From NCBI RefSeq assembly GCF_009914755.1, contig NC_060932.1: a stretch of 64,000 bases of DNA. One strand, written 5' to 3'. The notes under the pieces were generated by a model. The model was not told the DNA's origin. It saw only the letters and a program-made list of their open reading frames with translations, and searched no databases. Origin of the DNA: the human T2T-CHM13v2.0 reference genome, Homo sapiens. How positions within the stretch are numbered: position 1 is the stretch's first letter; each line of letters begins with the position of its first letter. The position numbers and the translations under genes were made by a program. Positions 51,509 to 64,000 of the stretch are shown piece after piece.

Positions 51509-51780
51509 TGAGCTCCCTAGAGGAAGGGCAACAGCCAGCACTGCAGCTGCTAGCTACCTAAGACACTAAGCCCCCCAGTGGGGAGGGGCAGCAGCCATCA
51601 CTATACCTCTAGGCCATGCTTTTCCCCTGCTGGAGCCAGGAAGGCTGGACAGTTTGGTCTCAAGGGGAATCATGGATCATCTTCCCTCAAGAGCACACTG
51701 GGTATGGCAGACTGTGGCCAGATTGCCTCTTCAGGCCAGACCCTGACCCTCCTTCCTCACTGGGTGAGGCCTCCTTGCCT
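51509..51780 (+). mobile_element. Inverted L1 5'UTR segment of the preceding L1
   Basis: Sense-orientation 5'UTR motifs (GAGCTCCCTAGAGGAAGGG, GACTGTGGCCAGA, CCTCACTGGGTGAG) abut antisense sequence just upstream of ORF1. Confidence 0.65.
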
Positions 51781-52316
51781 TCTCATTTGGAGTTTCTTTT
51801 CTTTGAGAGTGATAAAAAATAGGCCCTCAATCTCTCCTAGTTTGTAAGAACTCTGCTAAGAAGTGTGCGTTAGCCTGATGAAGTACCGTTTTTATGTGAG
51901 CTGACCTTTTTTTCTAGCTGACTTTAAGATTTTTTTCTCAAGCATTTCCCTTAGATAGTCTGGTAACTATATGCCTTGATGTTGTTCATTTTGTGTAGTA
52001 TCTGGCATGCATTCTCTGTATTTCTTGCATCTGGATATCTCTATCTCCACCAAGATTAGGGAAATTTTCTTGAATTATTCCCTCAAATGTGATTTCCAGA
52101 TTGCTTATATTTTCTCCTTCTCTCTCAGGAATGCCAATAATTTGTAGGTATGATTACTTTATATAACCCCAGATTTCTTGGAGACTTTGTTTCTTTTTTA
52201 AAATTCTTTTTTTCTTTATCTTTGTCTGACTGAATTAGTTCAAAAGACTGATCTTTAAGTTCTGAAATTCTTCTGCTTGATCTAGTCTATTGATAAAACT
52301 TTCAATTGTATTTTAA

Positions 52317-52622
<306 letters not shown>

Positions 52623-52625
52623 TAA

Positions 52626-52936
<311 letters not shown>

Positions 52937-55259
52937 TGACTGATTTCTTTTTAAGATGTTTACCTCTTCCTTTGTTTCTTGGATTCCTTTACAGGTTTCT
53001 TTGTGTTGATTTTCAACCTTATCTTGAATCTCATTTAAGTTTTCTTGCAATCCATAATTTGAATTCCCCATCTGTCATCTCTGTGCCTCCACTTTGGGTA
53101 GGGATCACCACTGGAGAGCCAGAGTGAGCCTTTGGTGGTGCTACAACACTCAGAGTTTTCATGGTGGCAGAATTCTTATACTGGTTCCTTCTCATTTGGA
53201 AAGACTTGTATTGGGTTGTGTCTTTTGTCTTTGCTTCTGTAATCCTATGCACTTCTCTCAGCACATTTTTTATTAGGCTGTGTCATTTAAGCTACAAGCT
53301 AGTAGACGGTGTTTTCAGTTAAGAGTCAGCTGCTACATTAGCAATTGGATGTGACCTGATCTTTGTTTACTGTGAGGTGCTCTGTTGTTTCAGGTGATTG
53401 GCTAGACAGTAGAATGCCCAGTGTCCTAAGCTTCCTATTCCATGAAGGTGGCAGGACACAGCTGGGCAGAGCTGGTGCCCCTGGTTTACCCATGAATATC
53501 CCAATGGTGAGCACAAGCACCAGTCCTCAAGAGGGTGCTTGGGAGGAGCTACTGGTGAAGTGTGCTGATATCTCTGCAGGTGGATTGAGAAGGCTGCCCC
53601 AGCTCCCCATCCTAGATAGGCAGGAGCACAATCTATTTCCCTATCACATCCTGTTTTCCAGGACTTGTGATTCCTAGTTCAGATGCACACTGTAGTCTAT
53701 CTCCAGGCTGCAATGTGGTTGACAGCCATGCAGAATGCCTGTTTAGTGACTCCATGGGAGTCATTCCAAGGTATAACCTCATCACTCAACCTGATATAGT
53801 TTTAAGGCTTGCTTGTTCTCCAGTGTGGCAATACTGCTGCTTCTTGTAAAGAGAAGGCTCCATCTTTGGACCAGTGTGAGTGGGTGTTTGTTGTGGTGGT
53901 GTTGGCTGGTTGGGACAGCCTGACCTCAGGCCCTGAGGTAAGTGGCTAGGGGACAGTAGAGTTGGAATGGGGTAGACAGTTCCCCCACTCCCAGGTCCCT
54001 AGATGGCCTGATGTACAGCATGTATGAGTCTTTCAGGGGCTGGACGAGGGTCAGGTTAGCCCAGAATTCAGGCACTGGCTGTGGTGGGTAGGGGTCGGGC
54101 TGGCCCCCAGATCACCGACCAAACTCTCAGGCAGGGGCTGGCCAACACATAGGTAGTGGAAGTCCAAAGGAATATCACAGGCCTTTGGAGGTTGGGTTCT
54201 CAGAAGGGTTCTGGGCTGCAGGTGAAATATTCAGGTGGGGGAAAGGTGGCTGTGCTCTGGGCCTTTCCCTGGAAAGGGTGGGAACCCTCAGCTGGAGCAA
54301 TGGAAACTGGTAGTTATGGGATGTATGTGTGGGATCCTTGTACTTCTCTCCCACCCAATAGCTACTGAACTTCATTTGGGAGCACATAAATGTGTCACAT
54401 GTTGTCTGTTACCTCTGGTAGTTTTGTCCCAGGGGAATGCAGTGCTGTGAACCACCACAGTGCTCAAGTGGGGGCAGGGTTGCTGTGCTGGAAGCCCCAG
54501 CCAAACCTTGTTTGGTGAGGAGGAGCAGGGCAGTCCCACCACTCCTCCACACCACAACTGTGGCCTCTATCAAGGTTAGGGCAGCTGGCACTGGGCTGCC
54601 TGTTGGGCTCCCTGTGGGCTTGAGCGGTGCCTGTGCAAAAACTGCAGGAGTCTCTCTGTGTCACTTTAGAGGCCCAGAGAATTTGGGGGGTTCTCCCATG
54701 GCCAGGATTGTGAGGGTCCATGTGGGAAGTGTGGATCCCCTGGGGACTCTCACTCATTCAACCTTTTCCCGTGTTAGAGAGCTTCTCCTGGCTCCATGCC
54801 AGTCCTGGGTGTGCAGCTACCTGGCTTTGCTCCTCTCTGTTCTCTGTGAGGCCCCTGGCTTCCTTGGTGGATCCAGAGGTGATTTCTAATTTTCTTGAAG
54901 AACTACTCTTTACTAGCCACTTTGATTCTTCACTGTGAGAGCAGTGCACATTAACTGCTTCTAGTCAGCTACCTTGAACCTCCTCTATTGTTTTCAAGTG
55001 AAACTTCTTTTTTATTGCATACTGTTTCACAGATTTAATATCGTATTTCTGAGAAGATACTAATTATAGAAGTTTTGTTCATTGTTATTTTTTTCCTATT
55101 CCCTATATTATTACTGTTCTCTGAAAGTTTCTTTGTCCTTTTTTCCCTGTTTATTCTGGCATTTCATGCCTGAAGCTTTCCTCATGTATTGACTGACCCT
55201 CAGATACTGTTCAAATTTAGGAGTGAGGCACTCCAAAGCTGATAAGATCTTAGTGTGAG

Positions 55260-55743
55260 AGCTCAATAGCAAAGACTTGGAACCAACCCAAATGTCCAAC
55301 AACGATAGACTGGATTAAGAAAATGTGGCACATATACACCATGGAATACCATGCAGCCATAAAAAATGATGAGTTCATGTCCTTTGTAGGGACAGGGATG
55401 AAACTGGAAACCATCATTCTCAGCAAACTATTGCAAGGACAAAAAACCAAACACTGTATGTTCTCACTCATAGGTGGGAATTGAACAATGAGAACACATG
55501 GACACAGGAAGGGGAACATCACACACCAGGGACTGTTGTGGGGTAGGGGGAGGGGGGAGGGATAGCATTAGCAGATATACCTAATGCTAAATGACGAGTT
55601 AGTGGGTGCAGCACACCAACATGGCACATGCATACATATGTAACAAACCTGCACGTTGTGCACATGTACCCTAAAACTTAAAGTATAATAATAATAAAAT
55701 TTAAAAAAAAAAAAGCTGACCATCTAACCAGAAAAAAAAAAAA
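55260..55743 (+). mobile_element. 5'-truncated L1PA3/4-type LINE-1 with double A-tail
   Basis: Young L1 3' end; perfect 16-bp TSD AAGATCTTAGTGTGAG (55244-55259 / 55744-55759). Confidence 0.93.
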
Positions 55744-56094
55744 AAGATCTTAGTGTGAGTGCTAGTGTGAGTGCTGTTGTCTAGTTGGCTTCTCTGAGGA
55801 AAGACTGGCTGGGCTATTTCATGAAGGAAAACCCTGCTTTATGATTTATAGAACTGTTTCTTTGGCCTGAGGGAGGAATCCTCCAATCTCCTGTTTGGGA
55901 AATGTGAGCTTTATTGACAGCACTCTAGGACCCAAATTGGGAAAAAGGAAAGCAGGGTTCTATGATCCAAAATAGAGACATTTACTTAGTCTGGCAATGC
56001 ATCATAGAGTACCACCATATCTATGTCTTGTGTCCCTGGTTCAATCTCTTCACGGAGAATAAAGCCATTGGTTTTTGCCAGAGCCAGTGAGGGT

Positions 56095-56712
56095 TGTGAC
56101 AGGTAAACACTTGCATTAATTAAGCCATGTTTTGTTGGAAGTTCAGTCGGTTCTCAGACAGACTTACCATCTCTGTAGGCTGTTAAGCAGTAGAAAAACT
56201 CCACATGTAGGAACCCCGGAGAAGAAGCTGAGAATGGCAAGGCTAGCACAAGGGTGATGGTTTGGTTATGAGGATTGATTGATCCTTTTGGCTAAACCTA
56301 GGATTGAGTATGTTGGAAACTGAAAGGCAGAATGTGAGTATAACCAGCAGAAAATTAATTGCACCAACCTGGTTGGGAAGGGAAAGGGAACACAGAGTCG
56401 GTCTTGGTTAATGCTATGAACCAGTATCTATGAGAGGTGATTCAGTCATATGGGACACCACAGGAGTGCCTGTGGACCATGGCAGTGCTCCTAGACATCA
56501 AGGAAAAGATGTTTTAGGGAAGTGCTCCAGGTTAGAATAGGATCTCAACCAGCAACTAGATGAACTAGATGAACTGTGAAACAGAATCCAGCCCTTAAGA
56601 GGAGAGGTAAGCTACGCCTCGGGAAGTGCACGACACCCCCAATCATACCTGAGCCGGCTTAGCCAGCCCCATTAGAGTCCTGTGCTGTGAGGCTAAGAAG
56701 AGCCTAGTCACA
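56095..56712. mobile_element. Possible ancient solo LTR (Gypsy/ERVL-type), family unassigned
   Basis: TGTGAC...GTCACA inverted termini, 618 bp, higher GC than flanks; no TSD. Confidence 0.35.
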
Positions 56713-57831
56713 TTCATTGTGTTACTTTTGACTTTGTTCCCATTTCTGGATAATGTGAGTTGGTGTCACCCTTAGGATTTATGAAAATGAAACAAAACAA
56801 AATGGTGATGTTCTGTTTGTTTGTTTTCCCAAATACAAAAGGGCCTGCATTCTACCAACACAAGTATTCAGTCCAGAGCTCTGTTGCTGGTGGCTGCTGA
56901 CTCTGCCCTGGAACCTCCATTACTTTGAGAAAGATAAAGGTTCTGTTCTTTGACCCAGCTGCCTGAGGCAGTGCTGCAGAATCAGAGGAGGGGTCTAGTA
57001 GAGAAAGAAATATTGACCCCATTGAGCCAACTTACATGTAGTCCAGTAAACTTAGTTTCAATTGAGGGTACTGCTCAATCTAGCTTATTCATTCCCAAAC
57101 TGTCATTCAAATATATGTCTCTACTGCTTCCTCATGAAGTAACTGTTATTGTAGGATCATATCACAAACAAGAGAATATTTTCCCTTGTTCTGATACCAC
57201 AGAGAATGTCACAGTAGGGAAATAAATCAGCACAGGTACAGTGATTAGTCAGAAGACAGGTATGGAGAACAGACTGTAAGAATTTGAAATAAGTCAAGCT
57301 GACCTAAATAAGAGTAATAAAATGGCTCAAAACCTGCAGTCATTCTCTCTTAACTTTATGCCTAAGGCAACCAGGACTAATTCCCCTCTCTGCTCCTTGT
57401 CCCTTATTTTATGATCTTATTCTAAATCTTTGCACTTCGTGAAATGATGTGTTTAATAGAGACACAGGTACTTTTTATTTCTCTGAATGAAAGAAATGAG
57501 GCTGCATTGGTCTCAACAGAGAATTTTTTTAACAGAACATTTTTATATATCCATTAACATAGAGAGGCAAATAAAAATAATGTAATGTTAAGCTGTTTCC
57601 CCTCACATATTTTGGTTCGGAGACAAAAGGATATATTCTGTAGTGTTATTAGAAGGGATTTAGCAATGGCTGGAGGGGAGCATCTTTTATGTATGTAATA
57701 AAATATTTTAAAAGAGAACAGTAATATAAAAGGACACTTGCTATTGAAAAATAAGAATACCTCTATGTTATAAAATATATAGAAAATGTCAGCTATTGTT
57801 TTCAAAAATGTCATTCTGAAAAGCAAGCTTC

Positions 57832-57990
57832 CATGAAGGCATAAACATAAACAATTTTAAAACTTTAATTAAACAATGTTTAAATGTTTAAACATAAACA
57901 TAATTTTAAAAATTTATTCCTTTCATGAAGGCATAAACATAAACATAGCAATTTAAACAATTTTAAGCTTTTATGACAGCATAAACAATT
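57832..57990. repeat. Degenerate local repeat rich in TAAACA
   Basis: CATGAAGGCATAAACATAAACA at 57832 and 57924, partial third copy at ~57973. Confidence 0.8.
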
Positions 57991-59142
57991 TAAGTCAAAT
58001 CTTAAATTGAATAGATTTTTCTCATTATGATAAATGTAACTAAGATACTTTTAGGTAATATATAGATGAGTTATCACTAATATATAGTGCAAGGCATCAG
58101 AAAGATTATAAAACTAATAACAGGTGAAAGTTGAAGCCATTTTTTAAAAAATGTAGACACCGTATGTTGATATATTTGTATTATAGCACCAGATTTTTGA
58201 CACTTCTTTAAAAATACCACAATTTACCTGAGACTTATCCATGAGAAATTGAAGGTCACTTGAGTCACTCCTGGTCAAGTAGACCAGAGCCTCTGCCCCA
58301 TCAGCACCAATGCCAAATTGACCACAATAATTTTTCTTTTTAAGACTCCAGGGAAACAGCACAGGATTCTACAACTTTCAGCTAAAATTATGGAGTCCTG
58401 AAATGTTTTGGCAATTGGCCAAATACTGGTAAGTTCAGTGAAACATCCTAATTAATATGTGTTAGTTAAACGTTTACTTCTGTCAAACATGCAGTTAATA
58501 GAGCCAATGTGAACTTTTTGACAGGATGTTGAATAGGTCACTATCTTCCTCTCTACATAGGAATTTATAAGGCAAAACTTCACCTATTGATACACTATAA
58601 TAAGGAAGTGAATTGTTCCAAAAGAGTTTTTACATAAAATCTGAAGGTTAATAGTTAAACATTATTATTGACTATTCCATATAAAGCCTTTTACACACTT
58701 TTCTGCCATAGAAGGCAGAATCCCAATCACAAAGTAAACATTTCTTGATAATTCAGTGCTGCTGTTATGACTGTATTTATCAAAATGTCGCCGCTGTAAT
58801 GCCACATACAGAAGCCGAGGTAGAATATAGGTCCATAAATAACCATGGAACACCACAGATCTAAAGTAATTCCTTCCTTAAATTTAGCTAATGAGTATAT
58901 ATTACTTTAATAATTATATATTTCTAAGATATTTCTTTTTTGAGAAAGAAAAGAGCAGCATGCTTATATAGTGTTCATTTATTGAAGTATATACACATAG
59001 AACATACTGGGAACACATATGCTAAGATATTGTGGGGAATAATTCTGGAGGGTGGTAATTACTATATTATTTTCTGAAATAATTTTTATACTTTTAAATT
59101 TTTCCCAGGAAAATAATTTGCTCTTTTTAAAAAAGAAAAATC

Positions 59143-59417
<275 letters not shown>

Positions 59418-59472
59418 CAAAAAAAAGAAAAGAAAAGAAAAGAAAAAGAAAGGAAGGAAGGAGGAAAGAAAG

Positions 59473-59558
<86 letters not shown>

Positions 59559-59578
59559 CAGAAAGAGGGAAAAGAAAA
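59418..59578. repeat. Compound (GAAAA)/(GGAA)/(GA)/(GAAA)n purine tract grown from the Alu tail
   Basis: ~160 bp of almost pure purine on the + strand. Confidence 0.95.
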
Positions 59579-59702
59579 TTTGCCTTATTTCAGCCATTAA
59601 AAAAAAAGTGAAACAAGACACGTTCAGTATCATGGCCAGCAGAAAAACATTGTGTGAATTAAATGCAGACACTCTTTTCTCATCTTTGTCTCCTTTCTTT
59701 TT

Positions 59703-60012
59703 CTTTCTTTCTTTCTTTTTTTTTTTTTTTGAGACGGAGTCTTGCTCTGTCACCCAGGCTGTAGTGCAGTGACACGGTCTTGTCTCACTACAACCTGCAC
59801 CTGCTGGGTTCAAGCACTTCTCCTGCCTCAGCCTCCTGAGTAGCTGGGATTACAGGAGCCCGCCACCATGACTGGCTAATTTTTTGTATTTTTAGTAGAG
59901 ACAGTTTTCACCATATTGTCCAGGCTGGTCTTGAACTCCTGACCTTAGGTGATCTGCTTGTCTCAGCCTCCCAAAGTGCTGGGATTATAGGCGTGAACCA
60001 TCACGCCCGGCC
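59703..60012 (-). mobile_element. AluSx-type
   Basis: Full dimer with GACCTTAGGTGATC; TSD TCCTTTCTTTTT (59691-59702 / 60013-60024). Confidence 0.92.
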
Positions 60013-60044
60013 TCCTTTCTTTTTATCTCCTTTCCTTGACTCTT

Positions 60045-60200
60045 TATTTTCATTCAATCATTGATTCCAAAGTATTCGTAAAGCAGCTATTACTTTCCAA
60101 ACACTGCCAGATTTTGGGTTTTAATGGTGAGTCAAAACATGGGTTCCTATTCTCCTGAAGCTGACCAGTGGTGTGGAGTACAGGACTGTGGACAGATATT
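60045..60200 (-). mobile_element. L2 3' fragment
   Basis: TTCATTCAATCATTGATTCC...GTATTCGTAAAGCAGCTATT...GGTTCCTATTCTCCTGAAGCT. Confidence 0.5.
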
Positions 60201-60819
60201 CACTAATTATCACGCACACTCCAAAATAAATGGAGAATGATGGCTATCCCATCTGAGGTACAGGGCATGCCAGTAGCAAAGTGTAAAACACCCCATAGTT
60301 TGGAGGAAAATGCTGAGTCTAGTTAATAGTCAGCAGCCAGAGCTAAGAATCACTGAGCAGATATCCAAAGCTCTTTTGGAGCCAGACATGGAACCGGGAG
60401 CTGCCTTCAGGCTTTAGCTTTAAAAATTATCACCAGGAAATAGTTGTGATTTTGTATGCAGATTAGTGAACCTAAACTTTAATGTTATATCTTCTTAGGG
60501 CTCATCTCTTTTTCATTCTATTTTGGCACTTTTGGGGTTTTATTTTCTCCAGGTCTGTGATTATTCCTCATTATATGCTAGATAAGGGAATGTTATTTTA
60601 CCAATCTCACTCCTTGTATCTCAGCATATGTGGAGTAGTAACATACATTTTTTTTAAAATTCTAGGATATAAACTCTAGATTACCAACCAACTCTGAACA
60701 GCTATTTTCCTTGCTGTCCTAAAAAGATAATGGGTTATCTTTTCTGAACTAAAGTCTCTTGTTATTTCCTAAGTGTATAGCCAGCAATATATATTGATTT
60801 ATAGGAACTCAGATGTTCA

Positions 60820-60990
60820 AAATAAGGAAGGAAAAGCGTTAAAGGTAGTGAGAAAGACAGATGTTGTCTTCATTTAATAGGATGAAATAAGTAAATGAGA
60901 AGATGAGTTTTAGATTATGTAATAACTTAGTGCTGGAGGTGGTATTCAAACCCAGGCTTTTTGATTCCAAGTCCTGTGTTTTTTCTATAA
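60820..60990 (-). mobile_element. MIR fragment
   Basis: GGTATTCAAACCCAGGCTTTTTGATTCCAAGTCCTGTG. Confidence 0.5.
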
Positions 60991-61419
60991 TGTATCTAAA
61001 TCAATATTTAGAACTACATTAATGTTGTATTTAAAATTTATGTAAATTAATTCAAGAATATGTGTATTTAATCTCTCTGAAGTTACATTTTGACAAAATT
61101 TTTCAGTATTCTCTTCCTGCTGCACTGGCACTGCTTTTTCTGATCATAAATTTTTAAGTTGCCAACTTCAATTTTTATACTTGATTTGCAAAGAGATATT
61201 TGAATCATAAGCAGGATGAGTAAAGTTTCTGAAATAGCATTAAAGTGATGCTATTTTTCTGATGCTAGACATTCCCAAATAGTTGAATTATATTTAGACC
61301 AGAAGATGGCATAAGAGTTATAGCAATAGAAAATTATACACAATAGGATGGACTCCCTTAAAGGACTGCATTGCAAACCAGAATCTACATTATATAATTC
61401 TCCTTTCTCATTAAAGAAA

Positions 61420-62030
61420 GCTTTTTTCCCTGTGCAAATTTCTCCTTCCTTTTAAATTACATAATGACTGCAGACATAAACAACACACACACACACACAT
61501 ACAAATTAAAGTTAAAAGTATCCAATCTCACAATCTAGAGACAGCTATCACCAACATCCTGGGGCCTGTGTATCCATGCTTTTTCCGATGGAATCAAATA
61601 TATAAACTGCTCTACCAACTGCCACTTTCATTTAGCAACAGGTAATGGGTATTTGGGGGTTAAAAATGTTCTGTGTGATCATTTAAGGGCAGCATGGTGT
61701 TCCAGTGTAGCATGTACCCTAATTTATTTCATCACTCCCTTACTGTTAGATAAGTAAGCTGTTTCCAGTGTTTTATTATGATACACAATTATGCAGTGAG
61801 GATCCTTTTACATATATCTTTGCTTATATGTTTGACTAAGCAAAAATTCCTAGAACTTTTCTTAGGAACAGAATGATTGGTCAGAAGATTGGAATTTTGA
61901 AGACTTTTCCAGGCATCATCAAATGGCTCTCTACAAAAGCCAAGAATTTCTTTCCTTAGCAGTATATGAAGGCCCCACTCTCCCAACACCTACATCAGCC
62001 CTGCATATTATCCTGATACGATTTCTAAAA
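61420..62030 (-). mobile_element. Old L1ME-type 3' fragment with a short (CA)n
   Basis: TTAGATAAGTAAGCTGTTTCCAG...GCAGTGAGGATCCTTTTACATA...AGCAGTATATGAAGG. Confidence 0.55.
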
Positions 62031-62052
62031 ATAATTTAACATGAAGTTTCTG

Positions 62053-63889
62053 TTTTAATTTTCAATGTTTGTGGGTATATAGTAGGTGTATATATTTGGG
62101 GTACATGAGATATTTTGATACAGGCATGCTAAGCAAAATAATCACATCATGGAGAAAGGGGTATCCAGCCCCTCAAGCATTTATCTATTGATTTGCAAAC
62201 AATCAAATTACACTCCTTATTTTAAAATGTACAACTTATTATTGATTATAGTTACCCTGTTGTGCTATCAAATAGCAGGTCTTATTCATTCTATTTTTTT
62301 GTACCCATTAACTATCTCCACCTCCTTCCCAGCCCCCAACTACCCCTCTTAGCCTATAGTAACCAACCTGCTACTCTCTATATCATTGAGTTCAATTGTT
62401 TTGATTTTTAGATCCTACAAATGAGTGAAAACATGTAATGTTTGTCTTTCTGTCCCTGGCTTATTTCACTTAACATAATGATCTCCAGTTCCATCCATGT
62501 TGTTGCAAATGACTGGATCTCATTCTTCTTTGTGGCTGAATAGTACTCAATTGTGTATACGTACCACATTTTCTTTGTTCATTCACTTGTTGAATGAACA
62601 CAGGTTGCTTCCAATTTTTAGCTATTGTTAACAGTGCTGCAACAAACATGGGAGTGCAGAGATCTCTTTGAGGTACTGATTTCCTTTCTTCTGAGTATAT
62701 ACCCAGCAGTGGAATTGCTGGATCATATGGTAGCTCAATTTTTAGTTTCTGAAGAACCTACAAGCTGTTCTTCATAGTGGCTATACTAATTTACGTTCTC
62801 ACCAACAGTATACAGGGTTCCCTTTTCTCCACATCCTTGCCAACATTTGTTATTACTGTCTTTTGGATATAAGCCACTTAACTGGGGTAAGATGATAACT
62901 CGTTGTTTTGATTTGCATTTCTCCGATGATCAATAATGTTGAGCACCTTCTCATATACTTGTTTGCTATTTGTGTGTCTTCTTTTCAGGTGTCTATTCAA
63001 GTCTGTTGCCCCCCTTTTTTGATCAGATCATTACATTTTTTTTCTGCGGAGTTGTTTGAGCTCCTTATATAGTGTGGTTATTAATCCCTTGTCAGATGGG
63101 TAGTTTGCAAATATTTTCCACCATTCTGTAGGTTGTCTCTTCACTTTGTTGATTATATCCTTTGCTGTGCAGAAGCTTTTCAACTTGATGTGATCCCATT
63201 TATCCATTTTTGCTTTGGTTGCCTGTGCTTGTAGGATATTGTTTAAGAAATCTTTGTGAGGACAACGTTCTGGAGAGTTTCCCCAAAGTTTTCTTGTAGT
63301 AGTTTCATAGTTTAAAGCCTTGGATTTAAGCCTTTAATCCATTTTGATTTGATTTTTGTATATGGTGAGAGATAGGGGTCTAGTTTCATTCTCCTGCATA
63401 TGACTGTCCAGTTTTCCCAGCACCACTTATTGAAGAGACTGTCTTTTCCCTCAGTGTATGTTATTGGCAGCTTTGTTGAAAATGAGTTAACTGTAGGTAT
63501 GTGGATTTGTTTCTGAGTTCTCTATCTGTTCCATTGGTCCATGTGTCTTTTTTTATGAGAGTACCACGCTGTTTTGATTATTATAGCTCTGTAGTATAAT
63601 TAGAAGTCAGGTAATGTGACTCCTCCAGTTTTGTTCTTTTGCTTAGGACAGCTTTGGCTATTCTGGATCTTTTCTGGTTCTATATAAATTTTAGAATTGT
63701 TTTTTCTGTTTCTGTGAAGAATGACATTGGTATTTTGATAGGGATTGCATTGAATCTGTAGATTGCTTTGGGCAGTATGAACATTTTGACAATATTGATT
63801 ATTTCAATCCATGAACATGGACTATTTTTCCATTTTAGGTGTCCTCTTCAGTTTCTTTCATCAGTGTTTTATTGCTTTCCTTTCACTTC
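62053..63889 (-). mobile_element. L1MA (MA2-4-like) 3' portion
   Basis: GTGGGTATATAGTAGGTGTATATATTTGGGGTACATGAG 3'UTR, then antisense ORF2. Confidence 0.85.
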
Positions 63890-64000
63890 TGTTAAACCAA
63901 GTTCAGTCTAAAGCTGCCTCCTTACATATGTTAGGTTTGGCCTAGAGGTTTCTCTGTACATCATGAACTATAACAAGTGGAGGTGTAAGTAGACCATAGC
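63890..64000 (+). mobile_element. MER57-type ERV1 LTR, running off the window
   Basis: TGTTAAACCAAGTTCAGTCTAAAGCTGCCTCCTTACATAT is the MER57-like LTR start. Confidence 0.8.

Noticed and set aside
53338-54949. Second cluster of overlapping ORFs
   Set aside because: Lies within the 5'UTR of the minus-strand L1PA16/L1PB element.
55539-55562. G-quadruplex motif
   Set aside because: Standard L1 3'UTR G-rich tract, not locus-specific.

Overview
Primate (almost certainly human: it carries an AluYa5) AT-rich intronic or intergenic DNA. Roughly 55-60% is LINE-1 by eye. The rest is Alu, MIR, L2, MaLR/ERV LTRs, hAT-type DNA transposon relics and a few repeat-poor islands (about 2.2-6.2 kb, 24-27.5 kb, 56.7-59.1 kb). 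I recognise no host protein-coding exon, RNA gene or CRISPR array. Essentially all long ORFs in the track are broken L1 ORF1/ORF2 pieces, their antisense shadows, or Alu/simple-repeat artefacts. I see no convincing new biological system. The interesting signal is structural history: an apparent gene-conversion tract between two inverted L1s about 30 kb apart, a microhomology deletion that puts an MSTA LTR upstream of an L1 ORF0-like frame, two probable L1 3' transductions, a 5'-inverted L1 with target-site deletion, a HAL1 expanded to about 28 kb by nested insertions, a young AluYa5, a candidate 23-nt microexon and a dense forkhead-motif cluster. Subfamily names come from my recall of consensus sequences, not from a search. 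Boundaries of old repeats are approximate.
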